From an uncultured Spirochaetaceae bacterium (GTDB lineage Bacteria; Spirochaetota; Spirochaetia; DSM-16054; Sediminispirochaetaceae): a stretch of 64,000 bases of DNA. The stretch is taken from positions 7,157 through 71,156 of the forward strand of contig CAYFVU010000003.1 of NCBI GenBank assembly GCA_964346645.1, read 5' to 3'. A model generated the notes under the pieces. The model searched no databases. It saw only the letters and a program-made list of their open reading frames with translations, and was not told the DNA's origin. Positions 10,132-19,777 of this stretch are shown piece by piece. How positions within the stretch are numbered: the first letter of the stretch is position 1; each line of letters starts with the position of its first letter. A program made the position numbers and the translations under genes.

Positions 10132-10176
10132 CGTTCCTCCAATCAGCAGTGGGTGTTCATCAGAAGGCTGTTCTCA

Positions 10177-11322
10177 TCAGTAGGTACAGGCTCGAGCTGC
10201 CTGGGCAAAGGCATCCACGAGCTCGGGTTTCGCATCAAAGAAGTGGTCCGACGGAGAGATGATGTAGCCCCCATCCTTCCCGCAGGCATCGAAGCAGCGC
10301 TTCACCTCCTCCTCGGTCTGCTCGGGACTCACGTTCCAGAGAAACTCGTTCTGGTCAAAACCGCCGATAAAGCAGACCCTGTCACCGATCCGTCGATGGG
10401 CTTCGGCCAGGTCTACATCTCCGCCCATGCCCCGAGGAGTAAAGGTCTCCATGGCGACCGAGCCCATATCCGCGATCTGCTCCAGAATAGGCATCATTCC
10501 GCCGCAGGTGTGGTAGACGATTCTCTGTCCCGACTTCTGCGCCGCCTCGATAATCGGTGCATCGTAAGGCGCCACGAACTTTTCGAAGATGTTCGGAGAG
10601 ATCACGGTCGTAGAGGCATCGCCCCCTCCCAGCTCGATCAGGTCCAGCGGCACTTCCTCCAGCGACTCCACATAGCGCATCTTTCGCTCGTAGAGCACAT
10701 GCAGCAAATCCTTTATGAAATTCGGATCGTCGAAGGTGCCGAGAATAAGATTCTCTATGCCGTACAGTACCGCCGCATCCTGCCAGCATCCGGGCTGGCC
10801 GTAGACGTCGAAGGGAGGGATGACCGAGCGCACGAGCCCCTCATCTCCTATCGCCTCGACACAGCTCCTCACCTTCTCGGCATCGCATTTATAGTGAGGT
10901 ACGTGCTTTGCGATAATGTCAAGGTCCTTCTTGCCCTTTATCAGATTCTCCCTTACCCAGGAGGTGTACTGGTTGCTCTGGGTGAGCATGGTGAGCTCGC
11001 CGTCTGGAGTCTTCACGGTATACCTGCGGGTGTGGTAATCAGGATCCTCCACCTCTTCGGAGCTGATCCTCCAATTGTCGGCAACGATGCCCTCGTATCC
11101 TGTCTCATCGTAGTTCGATCTATACTGCCCCTTGGACTCGTCCGGCATAAAGGGCTGAATCCAATCGATTCTGTCCAAACCGTGCCGCTCGAAGAACTCG
11201 GGCATGCTCGCCTCGTTTTCATACGTATGTAGATAGTAGTTTTGCAAGGTATGGGTGGATGCAGGCAGCCTATCGGCCTTTTCGTTGGCGAGGGCCTTTA
11301 GCATCCGCTTTCGTGAAGTCAT
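10177..11322 (-). CDS. uroporphyrinogen decarboxylase (URO-D) family protein, function unknown
   Basis: URO-D/MtaA-like TIM-barrel sequence (…RKRMLKALANEKADRLP…VYHTCGGMMPILEQIADMG…GGYIISPSDH). ATG 11322 is preceded by GAGGAGAGG; the longer ORF start is 11343. 45 nt upstream of GH38 on the same strand. Confidence 0.75.
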   Translation of the reverse strand: MTSRKRMLKALANEKADRLPASTHTLQNYYLHTYENEASMPEFFERHGLDRIDWIQPFMPDESKGQYRSNYDETGYEGIVADNWRISSEEVEDPDYHTRRYTVKTPDGELTMLTQSNQYTSWVRENLIKGKKDLDIIAKHVPHYKCDAEKVRSCVEAIGDEGLVRSVIPPFDVYGQPGCWQDAAVLYGIENLILGTFDDPNFIKDLLHVLYERKMRYVESLEEVPLDLIELGGGDASTTVISPNIFEKFVAPYDAPIIEAAQKSGQRIVYHTCGGMMPILEQIADMGSVAMETFTPRGMGGDVDLAEAHRRIGDRVCFIGGFDQNEFLWNVSPEQTEEEVKRCFDACGKDGGYIISPSDHFFDAKPELVDAFAQAARACTY

Positions 11323-11431
11323 AGCCTCTCCTCGTATAAGCATATTAGTTATGTTTATTATAACTTATATTATTAGTACTGTAAATCAATTTACACAATT
11401 CATTATTGCTTACAATACATGAATTAATAAA

Positions 11432-11451
11432 TTTTATTTGATATATCATTT
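11432..11451. promoter_or_regulatory. 20-nt element TTTTATTTGATATATCATTT containing perfect palindrome TGATATATCA (candidate operator)
   Basis: Identical 20-mer occurs again at 15839..15858. Lies in the divergent spacer between the URO-D/GH38 operon and the GntR-type regulator. Confidence 0.45.
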
Positions 11452-11492
11452 TATTGACAACAAAAGGGAACTCGAGTAAAATGAAGGGAGAT

Positions 11493-12617
11493 ATGAATGA
11501 GAAGCAACCTCTCTACAGAGCCATCTACGACGAGATTCTCCACAAGATCGAAACGGGAGAATACAAGCCGGGAGACAAGATCCTCACGGAGACCGAATGG
11601 GCGGAGCGCTACAACGTGAGCCGCATCACCTCGAAAAAGGCCCTCGACCTCGCCGCGGAGAACCACATAATTTTGCGATATCCCGGTCGCGGCTCTTTCA
11701 TTGCCGACGATTCGAAGAAGATGATAGGAAGGAACCAGAGTTCTAAGAAAAAAGTCTTCGGCATCATACAACACGTGCTTTCGGATTCCTTCGGCCTTGA
11801 GATCTTCCAGACCCTCGAGCGGCTCGCACAGGATGCGGATATCCTCACCTTCACCGGCATCTCCTACGACGATGTAGAGAGGGAGAAGAGGCTCATCCAC
11901 AACTTCTTCAACTACGGAGTCGACGGTTTCGTCATATTTCCCGTGCACAACGAGACCTTCAATAACGAGATCCTCAAACTCATTTTGGACGGCTTTCCCG
12001 TCGTATTAGTCGACCGCACCCTCAATGACGTATCTTGCCCCAACGTCATTTCCGACAACTACGAGGGCGCAAAGAAAGGGATGAACTATCTCTACTCCCT
12101 CGGACACGAGAACATCGGCATACTCTCGCGACCGATCGGCACGACCACCACCCTCATGGAGCGACAAAAGGGCATCATGCAGGCCATCATGGAAAGCGGT
12201 CATACCTTCAAACGCAACTGGTGGCTCACCACTCTCGACTCTGTTGACGAGAAGAGCGACGAGTCGTTCCTCCGATCTAAGGAGCAGGTACGACAGTTTC
12301 TCGAGGAGAATCCCGACATCACGGCGATATTCGGTCTCAAGTATGCGGTGGTCCCCGTGGTGGAAGTGGCTGCTCACGAGATGGGCCTGAGAATCCCCGA
12401 GGACCTATCGATTATCTGCTTCGACGATCCAGGCTACATGGTAAACCGGATAAAACCCGTGACGCATCTGAAGCAAAGGGAGAGCGAGATCGCAGAGAAA
12501 GCCTTCAGCCTCATAACCCACATGCTGAACGGCGATGATTTCGAGTACACTCACACCATCGAAGTAGATCTCGTCGTGGGCGAGACTACTGCAAACCGCT
12601 ATTCGAGCGGCGAGTAA
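11493..12617 (+). CDS. AraR-type chimeric regulator: GntR-family winged HTH plus LacI/GalR-type sugar-binding domain
   Basis: N-terminus PLYRAIYDEILHKIETGEYKPGDKILTETEWAERYNVSRITSKKALDLA (GntR HTH). C-terminal PBP-like domain (VDGFVIFP…, SIICFDDPGY). ATG 11493 follows AAGGGAG; the ORF is open from 11454. Confidence 0.75.
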   Translation: MNEKQPLYRAIYDEILHKIETGEYKPGDKILTETEWAERYNVSRITSKKALDLAAENHIILRYPGRGSFIADDSKKMIGRNQSSKKKVFGIIQHVLSDSFGLEIFQTLERLAQDADILTFTGISYDDVEREKRLIHNFFNYGVDGFVIFPVHNETFNNEILKLILDGFPVVLVDRTLNDVSCPNVISDNYEGAKKGMNYLYSLGHENIGILSRPIGTTTTLMERQKGIMQAIMESGHTFKRNWWLTTLDSVDEKSDESFLRSKEQVRQFLEENPDITAIFGLKYAVVPVVEVAAHEMGLRIPEDLSIICFDDPGYMVNRIKPVTHLKQRESEIAEKAFSLITHMLNGDDFEYTHTIEVDLVVGETTANRYSSGE

Positions 12618-12621
12618 CTGG

Positions 12622-13464
12622 CTACCCCTTTACCGAACCGGCTACCAATGCCTTGATGATGAAGCGCTGCAGAAAGAGCACCAGTGCCACCGCCGGCAAG
12701 AGCCCCATCACACCTGCCGCCGCAAGGAAGTGTGTGGAGATGTCCTGATAGGAGCCCTGCGCCTGGAGGATACCTACCGAAACCGGATAGAGCTCGTTAT
12801 CGCTCAGCAGAAAGAAGGGAATGATGAACTGCGACCAGGCATTGATACTGTTGAAGATGGTGGCGCTGGCAATACCCGGAAGCGCCGTCGGAATAACCAC
12901 CCGGGTCATGACGCCGAACCTGGTGCAGCCATCGACGATGGCCGCCTCATCGAGCTCCGGCGGAATCGCATCGAATACCCCTTTCATCAGAAAAGTGGTA
13001 AAGGGAAGGTGAATAGCCACGTAGATCAACGCAATGCCGATAAAGGTGTTTAGCAGATTGAGATTGGAGTAGTACCAGTAGATCGGGATGCTGATGATGA
13101 TCGGCGAGATCATCTGGAAAAAGAGTATGCCTATGAGCACGAGGTTCTTGTTCTTGAATTGCCCCCTCGAGAGGGCAAAGGCCGAAGGAAATGCGGCAAG
13201 CAGCACTCCCACCGCGGTAGTAATAACCAGCGCAGCCGAGTTCCTAAGGTAGACCTCCATCTGAATGTTCTTCATCACCTTTCCGTAGTTATCGAAGGTA
13301 ATGTCGAGCGGGAAGAAGTTGAACAGATGGACCGGCTCGAGTACCTGATCAGAGGTCTTCAACGAAAGTGCAATGATGTACACTACCGGCAGGAGAAAGA
13401 ATACCAGCAGCACCGCGTAGAACAAGTACAGAAAGATCTTGTGTTTCAGTGAATATGTGTACAT
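12622..13464 (-). CDS. carbohydrate ABC transporter permease
   Basis: Multi-TM ORF with DEAAIVDGCTRFGVMTRVVIP permease signature. Confidence 0.85.
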   Translation of the reverse strand: MYTYSLKHKIFLYLFYAVLLVFFLLPVVYIIALSLKTSDQVLEPVHLFNFFPLDITFDNYGKVMKNIQMEVYLRNSAALVITTAVGVLLAAFPSAFALSRGQFKNKNLVLIGILFFQMISPIIISIPIYWYYSNLNLLNTFIGIALIYVAIHLPFTTFLMKGVFDAIPPELDEAAIVDGCTRFGVMTRVVIPTALPGIASATIFNSINAWSQFIIPFFLLSDNELYPVSVGILQAQGSYQDISTHFLAAAGVMGLLPAVALVLFLQRFIIKALVAGSVKG

Positions 13465-14325
13465 TTATTTGTTCCTCATCAGTCGTAGATAGAAGGCCGT
13501 AAATATCGAGGATGAGAGAATCATAAGCACGGCAAACACGGCACCCCTGGCCAGACTCATCCTCAGGAAGGTAGCTTTATAGGTCTGCAGCGAGAGCACG
13601 GTCGTAGAGATGCCCGGACCGCCCTGAGTGAGCGACCAGATCGCATCGTAGGTATTGACCGTTGCAATCGTAATGAGGACGAGGTTAATGAGCAACATTG
13701 GCTTGAGCAGCGGCAACGTGATCGTCCAAAAGCGCTGCATCGGCGTCGCTCCATCTATGGAGGCGGCCTCATAGAGCTGGGGATCGATGGCCCGCAACGC
13801 TCCGTACTGTAGTATGCCGCTGAAGCCCGTTCCACGCCATATGTTCGCCACGACGATCGCCATTAGGGCCCACCCGGGATTCACGAGGAAGGAGATTCGC
13901 TCACCTCCGAAGAGCTCTATCGTGTTGTTGATGACTCCCCATGCAGCACTGCTGAAGAGCAGATTCCAAGTAATACCCGCAATGACACCGGGAACGACCC
14001 AAGCCGCAATCATGGCAACCTTGAGGATCTCCATCCCCGGCAGATGGGTTTCCAGCAGCAGCCCGACTAAAAGTCCGAGCAGGAGCTGGAATGTGACTAC
14101 GCACACGACGAAAACTAGCGTATTACGGAGAATGACGGCTGTGTCCGGATCGCTGAGCACCTGAAAATACGTCTTGAAGGTGTACTCTATGTCCGCTATG
14201 CCGATCCGCGCGTCGGTAAAGCTCAACCTGATGGCATCGATTACAGGAATAAGGTAGAAGAGCGCCATAATGACCGCCACCGGCAGAAGCCAGAAAAAAA
14301 TCCATTTTTGAGAGCTGGTCAGCAT
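13465..14325 (-). CDS. sugar ABC transporter permease
   Basis: Multi-TM ORF with YEAASIDGATPMQRFWTITLP signature. Its stop abuts the downstream start (TAAATG). Confidence 0.85.
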   Translation of the reverse strand: MLTSSQKWIFFWLLPVAVIMALFYLIPVIDAIRLSFTDARIGIADIEYTFKTYFQVLSDPDTAVILRNTLVFVVCVVTFQLLLGLLVGLLLETHLPGMEILKVAMIAAWVVPGVIAGITWNLLFSSAAWGVINNTIELFGGERISFLVNPGWALMAIVVANIWRGTGFSGILQYGALRAIDPQLYEAASIDGATPMQRFWTITLPLLKPMLLINLVLITIATVNTYDAIWSLTQGGPGISTTVLSLQTYKATFLRMSLARGAVFAVLMILSSSIFTAFYLRLMRNK

Positions 14326-14401
14326 GAAAAAGGCTCCTTTGATAAGATGAGGCGCGCAGAGGCTCTCCCCCTACGCGCCGATAATCCGAGTCGAAGAGAT
14401 A

Positions 14402-15721
14402 CTACATCTCTTCGTACTTGTCCATAACCTTCTTGTACATCTGATCCACGATTTTCTCGATGTCGGCGTTGCCGGCAATGATCTTGCCGACGCTCTCTTC
14501 GAGAAGGCTTTCGACCTCTGGATAGAGGGAAGTGGCGGGACGAGCCCGTCCGACTTCGAGCTCCTTATAGATCTGATCGTAGAAGGGCGAATCGAATGCG
14601 GGTTCCTCGAATACGTCCTTACGCACGGGGATATAGCCGTGAAGAGGCAGACGTTCGGCCATCGCCTCCTTGCTGACATAGACCTCCTTCACGAAATCTA
14701 TGGAGGCTTCGAGCTTCTCCTCGTCCTGACTCATAAAGCCGAAGGTCCAGCCACCGTAGATATTGGATGCCTGATTGGTCTTCGGGGTTGGCAAAGATGC
14801 GTACCCCCAGCCCTCTGGCAGTGCGTTGTTCACCCAGGAACCGGCGATCATCGTGGCAACGTTGCCTGCCTTCGCTTCGGTCTGGAGCTCGGTGTGCTCG
14901 TATCCGACGATCTCCTTAGGCATGGCCTTGGTATCGATCAGCTCGCGGTAGAACTCGAGGGTCTTGACCAGTGCCTCCTTGTTCTTCCCCTCACCGAAAA
15001 CCGGTCGGTAATCGTCGTCGGGATCGAAGAGGATGCCGTCCTGTGCCCAGAACATCGGCAGGAGGCAGAAAGCGGCCGCTGGCCCCTTGCCCTGCGTCAT
15101 GAAGGGCCAAGCATCCTTTCCTTCCGACTTCATCTCCTCGTTCAGCTCCCTGATGTCGTCCCAGGTCTCCGGAGCCTCCGAAGTTATCTCCTGGTTGTAG
15201 TAGTAGAGCAGCGTTCCGGTCTCGGCCCAGAAGGCGTACTGCTTGCCCTCCCGCTGGGTGACCATCTTGGTGAAGTCGAAGAACTGATCCTTCGTCTCTT
15301 GGCTCACGTACTCATCGATCGGGGTGAGTACACCGGCCTCGTGAAAGTTGCCGAGCCACTGACTGTCGATGTTGGCGAAATCGTACGGATCGCCCGCCAG
15401 TGCTGCATTGAGCAGCTTGGTCATCGCCTGAGCGGTCTGTCCGCCTGGGATGAGCTCGATCTCCACGTACACGTTTGGATGCTTCTCCGCCCATGCCTTG
15501 AGCCTCCTCTCGTAAAAGTCGACCCGTTCTTCGACAGTCGAGTTCATGGTATTCCACGAACCGATCAGAGCCTTCAGCTTGATGGGAGCGCCGGGATGCC
15601 CGGCCTCGGTTGCGCTTGCCACCGGTTCGGCCTCGGCACCCTTTTCCTGAGAGCCTCCGGCCCAGACGGTTCCCACGCAACACACGAGCAGAACTGTGAG
15701 TACTAATGTGATTTTTCTCAC
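14402..15721 (-). CDS. ABC transporter substrate-binding protein (sugar type)
   Basis: Signal peptide VRKITLVLTVLLVCCVGTVWAGG. GTG 15721 is preceded by GGAGGA at 7 nt; the ORF track start at 15775 lacks an RBS. Confidence 0.8.
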   Translation of the reverse strand: MRKITLVLTVLLVCCVGTVWAGGSQEKGAEAEPVASATEAGHPGAPIKLKALIGSWNTMNSTVEERVDFYERRLKAWAEKHPNVYVEIELIPGGQTAQAMTKLLNAALAGDPYDFANIDSQWLGNFHEAGVLTPIDEYVSQETKDQFFDFTKMVTQREGKQYAFWAETGTLLYYYNQEITSEAPETWDDIRELNEEMKSEGKDAWPFMTQGKGPAAAFCLLPMFWAQDGILFDPDDDYRPVFGEGKNKEALVKTLEFYRELIDTKAMPKEIVGYEHTELQTEAKAGNVATMIAGSWVNNALPEGWGYASLPTPKTNQASNIYGGWTFGFMSQDEEKLEASIDFVKEVYVSKEAMAERLPLHGYIPVRKDVFEEPAFDSPFYDQIYKELEVGRARPATSLYPEVESLLEESVGKIIAGNADIEKIVDQMYKKVMDKYEEM

Positions 15722-15838
15722 GTTGATTCCTCCTTGTCTTATGCAATTAGATATATTGATAATAACATAAAACATTATTTCTGCAAACCAATAAATAAAA
15801 TTTTATTAATTTTATATAATATAATATTTTATTAAAAT

Positions 15839-15858
15839 TTTTATTTGATATATCATTT
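15839..15858. promoter_or_regulatory. second copy of TTTTATTTGATATATCATTT (palindrome TGATATATCA)
   Basis: Exact 20-nt repeat of 11432..11451. Lies in the spacer between the binding-protein operon (minus) and the cupin operon (plus). Confidence 0.45.
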
Positions 15859-15940
15859 AGTAATTGGCCGAGTTCGCTACTATACCGATACCGCAACAAA
15901 ATTTGCATTCAAGTCTTACTCCTTTTATAATCTTATTTGT

Positions 15941-15954
15941 TGAATGCGTATTCT
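15941..15954. promoter_or_regulatory. candidate LacI/AraR-type operator TGAATGCGTATTCT
   Basis: Variant of the recurrent palindrome, 54 nt upstream of the cupin gene start. Confidence 0.4.
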
Positions 15955-16007
15955 CGCACAGATGATCAGGTAAATTTACATGTGCGGGTGATACGAAAGG
16001 AGGTACT

Positions 16008-17012
16008 ATGATAGATTGGAGCCCTCACCTGGTGCGCTACAGCGAGCTCCGTCCAGGCAGTGCGGCGTTCGTCGATGCGCGCATCCCGGGAAGTCATATG
16101 AAGGAGAACTACTGCATCGTCGGAAAGGGGGTCACGGAGAACCCGCGACAGCCCATCCACATACACGAGACCGACGGCTTTCACGTCGGCGCGGCGGGCC
16201 AACCCCCGAACATCCTCAACTCCCTTCACAGTCACTTCTCCGCAGAGGTCTTCATGATCTTCAAAGGCAGGTTCAGAATTTTCTGGGGAGCGAAGGGCGA
16301 CAACGAGGCAGTTCTCGGCCCTGGAGACATGATTTCGGTGCCTACCCACTGCTTTCGCGGTTTCGAGGTGATGGGGGACGACTACGGCTTCATGTTCACC
16401 CTTCTGGGACGGGACGATGTCGGAGGCGGCATCGTGTGGCATCCCGACGTGCTCCTCGAGGGGAGAAAACACGGCCTCTACCTGCTGAAGGACAAGAGCC
16501 TTGCCGACACCACGAAGGGTGACCCCGTTCCTTCGGAGGAGGAGCTCTACCCTACGATGAGCCCAGAGGAGGTTGCAGAGTACGACGAGTACAGCGTCGA
16601 TGAGATGATGGAGCACGTCAATTTCAGGAGCGAGATCACCCCCACCGACAGCCCATTCACCACCAAGGGCTCGTTCAGGCAGTACAACCTCATAGGCGAC
16701 GGCGCCTCCTCCACCGATTTCTCGGTAAAGAGCAGAGACGACGCCTGCATATTTGGCTATGAGATGGATACGAACGGAAGACTGCCCATGCATCGGAGGC
16801 CGGAGAACCAGGTGCTGGTCAACATGGGCGGCGACGTACTGGTAGAGTTCGGCGGGGAGGGTAACGGCTCAACTCCGCTGGTCCTCACCCCCGGAGACAG
16901 CTTCGACCACCCTAAGGGACTCCCCTTCTCCCTGAAGAGTGTGCGGGGCCCAAGCTTGACCTACTGCTTCGTTGCGGGTAACGAACCCTCCCACCCGGAG
17001 ATCCTGGAGTGA
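16008..17012 (+). CDS. cupin (probable bicupin) domain protein
   Basis: Cupin metal motif region (NSLHSHFSAEVFMIFKGRFRIFWG…GPGDMISVPTHCFRGF) and a second beta-barrel-like C-terminal half. AAGGAGG RBS. Confidence 0.65.
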   Translation: MIDWSPHLVRYSELRPGSAAFVDARIPGSHMKENYCIVGKGVTENPRQPIHIHETDGFHVGAAGQPPNILNSLHSHFSAEVFMIFKGRFRIFWGAKGDNEAVLGPGDMISVPTHCFRGFEVMGDDYGFMFTLLGRDDVGGGIVWHPDVLLEGRKHGLYLLKDKSLADTTKGDPVPSEEELYPTMSPEEVAEYDEYSVDEMMEHVNFRSEITPTDSPFTTKGSFRQYNLIGDGASSTDFSVKSRDDACIFGYEMDTNGRLPMHRRPENQVLVNMGGDVLVEFGGEGNGSTPLVLTPGDSFDHPKGLPFSLKSVRGPSLTYCFVAGNEPSHPEILE

Positions 17013-17806
17013 GCCCCGAGTCGTCTGATACGGCTCGGCCCGCTCTACGCTGCACGGCGAAAGATGGAATCCTCCTCCTGCCGGGCCTCCTCTGCGACGA
17101 CCGTCTATTCGCCCCCCAGGTCCCGCATCTGAAACGTCTCATCTCTGCGGACAGCATCCACACAGTGCATCTCCTGCCGGCAGAACGGAGCATCACAGCC
17201 ATAGCCCGAAGGGTGGTTGAGGAGGTGGACGAACGGCTCGGGCCGGATCGTCCGCTGGTTTTGGTTGGTCTTTCCATGGGTGGGATCACAGCCATGGAAA
17301 TCCTCAGGCAATTCCCCGACCGTGTGTCCGGGCTCAGCCTCTTGGACACCAACGCCATGGCGGAGGGCGAGTCCGCCTCCGAGGAGCGGTATGCGATGGT
17401 CGCCGATGCGGTCGAACACGGCATCGGCTGGTCGATGCGCGAACGCCTTCTCCCCGCCCTCCTCCACCCTGCGTTTCAAGGGGGCACGGAGCTGCCGCAA
17501 CTCATGGTCTCGATGGCGGAGGAGGCCGGTCTCTTCCATTACCGGCCCCATGCAGATGCCCTCGCAAATCGACCGGACTATTCGGAGACACTGTCCCGGT
17601 ACGACGGGCCGGCGCAGATCATCGCAGGCGACAGAGACGTGCTTTGCCCGCCGGAACGTCAGCACCACCTGCTCAACTGCCTTCCGGGGGCCATTCTCCA
17701 CTTCATAGGCACCTGCGGCCACATCTCGACGCTCGAACAGCCAGAGACGGTCAACCGGCTCCTCACCTCGTGGCTCACGGATATCGTCGGGGCGGCCAAC
17801 GGCTGA
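17009..17806 (+). CDS. alpha/beta-fold hydrolase
   Basis: Nucleophile elbow GLSMGG and C-terminal GHISTLEQPE motif. The GTG start overlaps the cupin stop (GTGA). Confidence 0.75.
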   Translation: MSPESSDTARPALRCTAKDGILLLPGLLCDDRLFAPQVPHLKRLISADSIHTVHLLPAERSITAIARRVVEEVDERLGPDRPLVLVGLSMGGITAMEILRQFPDRVSGLSLLDTNAMAEGESASEERYAMVADAVEHGIGWSMRERLLPALLHPAFQGGTELPQLMVSMAEEAGLFHYRPHADALANRPDYSETLSRYDGPAQIIAGDRDVLCPPERQHHLLNCLPGAILHFIGTCGHISTLEQPETVNRLLTSWLTDIVGAANG

Positions 17807-17810
17807 CTGC

Positions 17811-18716
17811 TCAGCGCCCCGCCCTCTCTGTCCACTGTACCACGAAAATCGAGACGGCAACCACAGTGAGCCCGGTCCACACCACGTAACCCCCCTGCTC
17901 GCCGAGAAGGTGTATGGACAGAAGCACGCCAAAGACGGGAACGAGGAACTTGAGCCGTATAGTCTTGATGACTCCTATGACGGATATGGCCCGGTTGTGG
18001 ATCAGGTAGACCAGCGCCGTCGCCACCACCCCGTTGTAGACCACCAGAACCCACTCCAGACGACCGAGGACCAGAAGCACACGGAAGTCGGCCTTTAGGA
18101 CGAGCGCCGCAATCAGCAACAGCAGCGCCCCCCAGAGGAAGGTGATGTAGGTCGACACAGTGCTCCCGTAGCGCCCCACGAATAACTTGAGCAGCGTGTA
18201 GTAGAGACTGATGCAGACGGAGGCCAGCAGGCAAAGGATATTTCCCAGAAGCTCGGCGTCCCAGTCCTGAGAACCTGACAGACGCCCCTCGGTGACCACG
18301 AAAGACATCCCCGCCATGCCCACCAGGATTCCGACGAACTGCCTGGCGGTGAACCGCTCACCTATCATCAGCCGTGCTAACAGCGGCGCGAAGATCGGCT
18401 GGGTGTTTGCCAGGATGGAGCTGAGGCTGGAGGTGGAGAGCTTGATTCCATAGAAGAGGAGTACCGCGAAAACGGTGACCCCCAGCGTGCCCAAGAGCAT
18501 CAGGTGTCCCACATCACGGTGCGAAGGTGCCCCGCGGCGGGAGATCTCACGGAGGAAGAGGGGCGTCATGGGCAGGAGCGCAAAAAGATACCGCAGAAAT
18601 GCTCCGAGCAGCGGATGGACCCCAGTGACGATGTACTTTGAAGCGGGGTAGAATGAGCCCCAGATGAGGAAGACCAGCAAGATGCCCAGCAGCCACTTCG
18701 TTTCACGTTTCACCAT
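17811..18716 (-). CDS. DMT superfamily (EamA-like) transporter
   Basis: About 10 TM segments as two EamA-like repeats. Confidence 0.8.
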   Translation of the reverse strand: MVKRETKWLLGILLVFLIWGSFYPASKYIVTGVHPLLGAFLRYLFALLPMTPLFLREISRRGAPSHRDVGHLMLLGTLGVTVFAVLLFYGIKLSTSSLSSILANTQPIFAPLLARLMIGERFTARQFVGILVGMAGMSFVVTEGRLSGSQDWDAELLGNILCLLASVCISLYYTLLKLFVGRYGSTVSTYITFLWGALLLLIAALVLKADFRVLLVLGRLEWVLVVYNGVVATALVYLIHNRAISVIGVIKTIRLKFLVPVFGVLLSIHLLGEQGGYVVWTGLTVVAVSIFVVQWTERAGR

Positions 18717-18865
18717 ACACCTCGCATACAGTGCGGCCCGCTAACTCCGCAGAGCGACGCACTTGACAAACGAAACGCCGTTCCTGCGGATAGGTCCGCG
18801 TGAACGACGTCGTAGCCATGCGTATCACACATGGCCAGATTCCTACAGCAGCTCGCGTCAGGATC

Positions 18866-19732
18866 TCAACTCTTGACCGCTCCCATCGTGATGCCCTCGA
18901 TGAAGTAGCGCCGTATCGCCAGCGAGAGTACGAATATGGGCACGATGATGATCATTCCCGCGGCGGCCATCTGCTCCCACATAATGCCTACCTCCGAGTC
19001 CAGCGTCATGAGCCCAACCGTCAGCGTCACCGCCTCGCGCCTGGTCATGATGAGGGCGAATATGAACTCGTTCCATGACTGGATGAAGCAGAATGCGAAG
19101 GAGGTGATGACCCCCGGCATGATCAGCGGCAGAGAGATGCGGCGCATCAGCTGGTAGAAGCTTGCACCATCTATTATGGCCGCCTCCTCTATTTCATATG
19201 GGATGCCGTCGATAAAGCCCTTCAGCATCCAGATGGCAAAGGGCAGCGTAAATGATAGGTTGAGGATGATCAGCCCCAGCCTCGTGTCCAGCAGCGCCAG
19301 CTCCCGGAAAACCGTGAAGAATGGAAGCGCCACCACCACCGGCGGTACGAACTGGCTAGAGAGCACCCAGACGATCAGGAACGTGTGCGCCTTGAAGTTG
19401 TAACGGGAGAAAGCGTATGCGGCCATAACCCCGATGATCACGTCTACCGTGGCCGTAATAATGGAGACCACGAAGCTGTTGAGCACCATTGGGCCGAAAT
19501 TTCTCGGCGGAGTGAAGATCTTTACGAAGTTCTGCAGGGTCGGCTCGAAGAAAAGCTTCGTGGTGTAGGCGTCCACGGGAAATTTGAAGGCCGTAAGGGC
19601 CAGCCAGAGTATCGGCAGGAAGATGAAGAAGGCGACGAGGGCCCAGCCGAGGATATTGAGGAAGTTCCACCAGCCCTTCTCCATCGCGTGTTTTTTAAGC
19701 CGGCTGTCGTGTATCTTTGCTATGCTGCTCAC
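18866..19732 (-). CDS. carbohydrate ABC transporter permease
   Basis: EEAAIIDGASFYQLMRRISLP signature; multi-TM. Confidence 0.85.
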   Translation of the reverse strand: MSSIAKIHDSRLKKHAMEKGWWNFLNILGWALVAFFIFLPILWLALTAFKFPVDAYTTKLFFEPTLQNFVKIFTPPRNFGPMVLNSFVVSIITATVDVIIGVMAAYAFSRYNFKAHTFLIVWVLSSQFVPPVVVALPFFTVFRELALLDTRLGLIILNLSFTLPFAIWMLKGFIDGIPYEIEEAAIIDGASFYQLMRRISLPLIMPGVITSFAFCFIQSWNEFIFALIMTRREAVTLTVGLMTLDSEVGIMWEQMAAAGMIIIVPIFVLSLAIRRYFIEGITMGAVKS

Positions 19733-19777
19733 CGTCTCGTCTCCTTTCTCGGACTAATTGCGTAATTCAGTTTCATT

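Noticed and set aside
10177-11322. URO-D family ORFs (also 31421..32557) as hemE (heme biosynthesis)
   Set aside because: They sit in sugar operons with sugar-type operators, have no hem neighbours, and there are two highly divergent copies. Only the family is called, not the HemE function.
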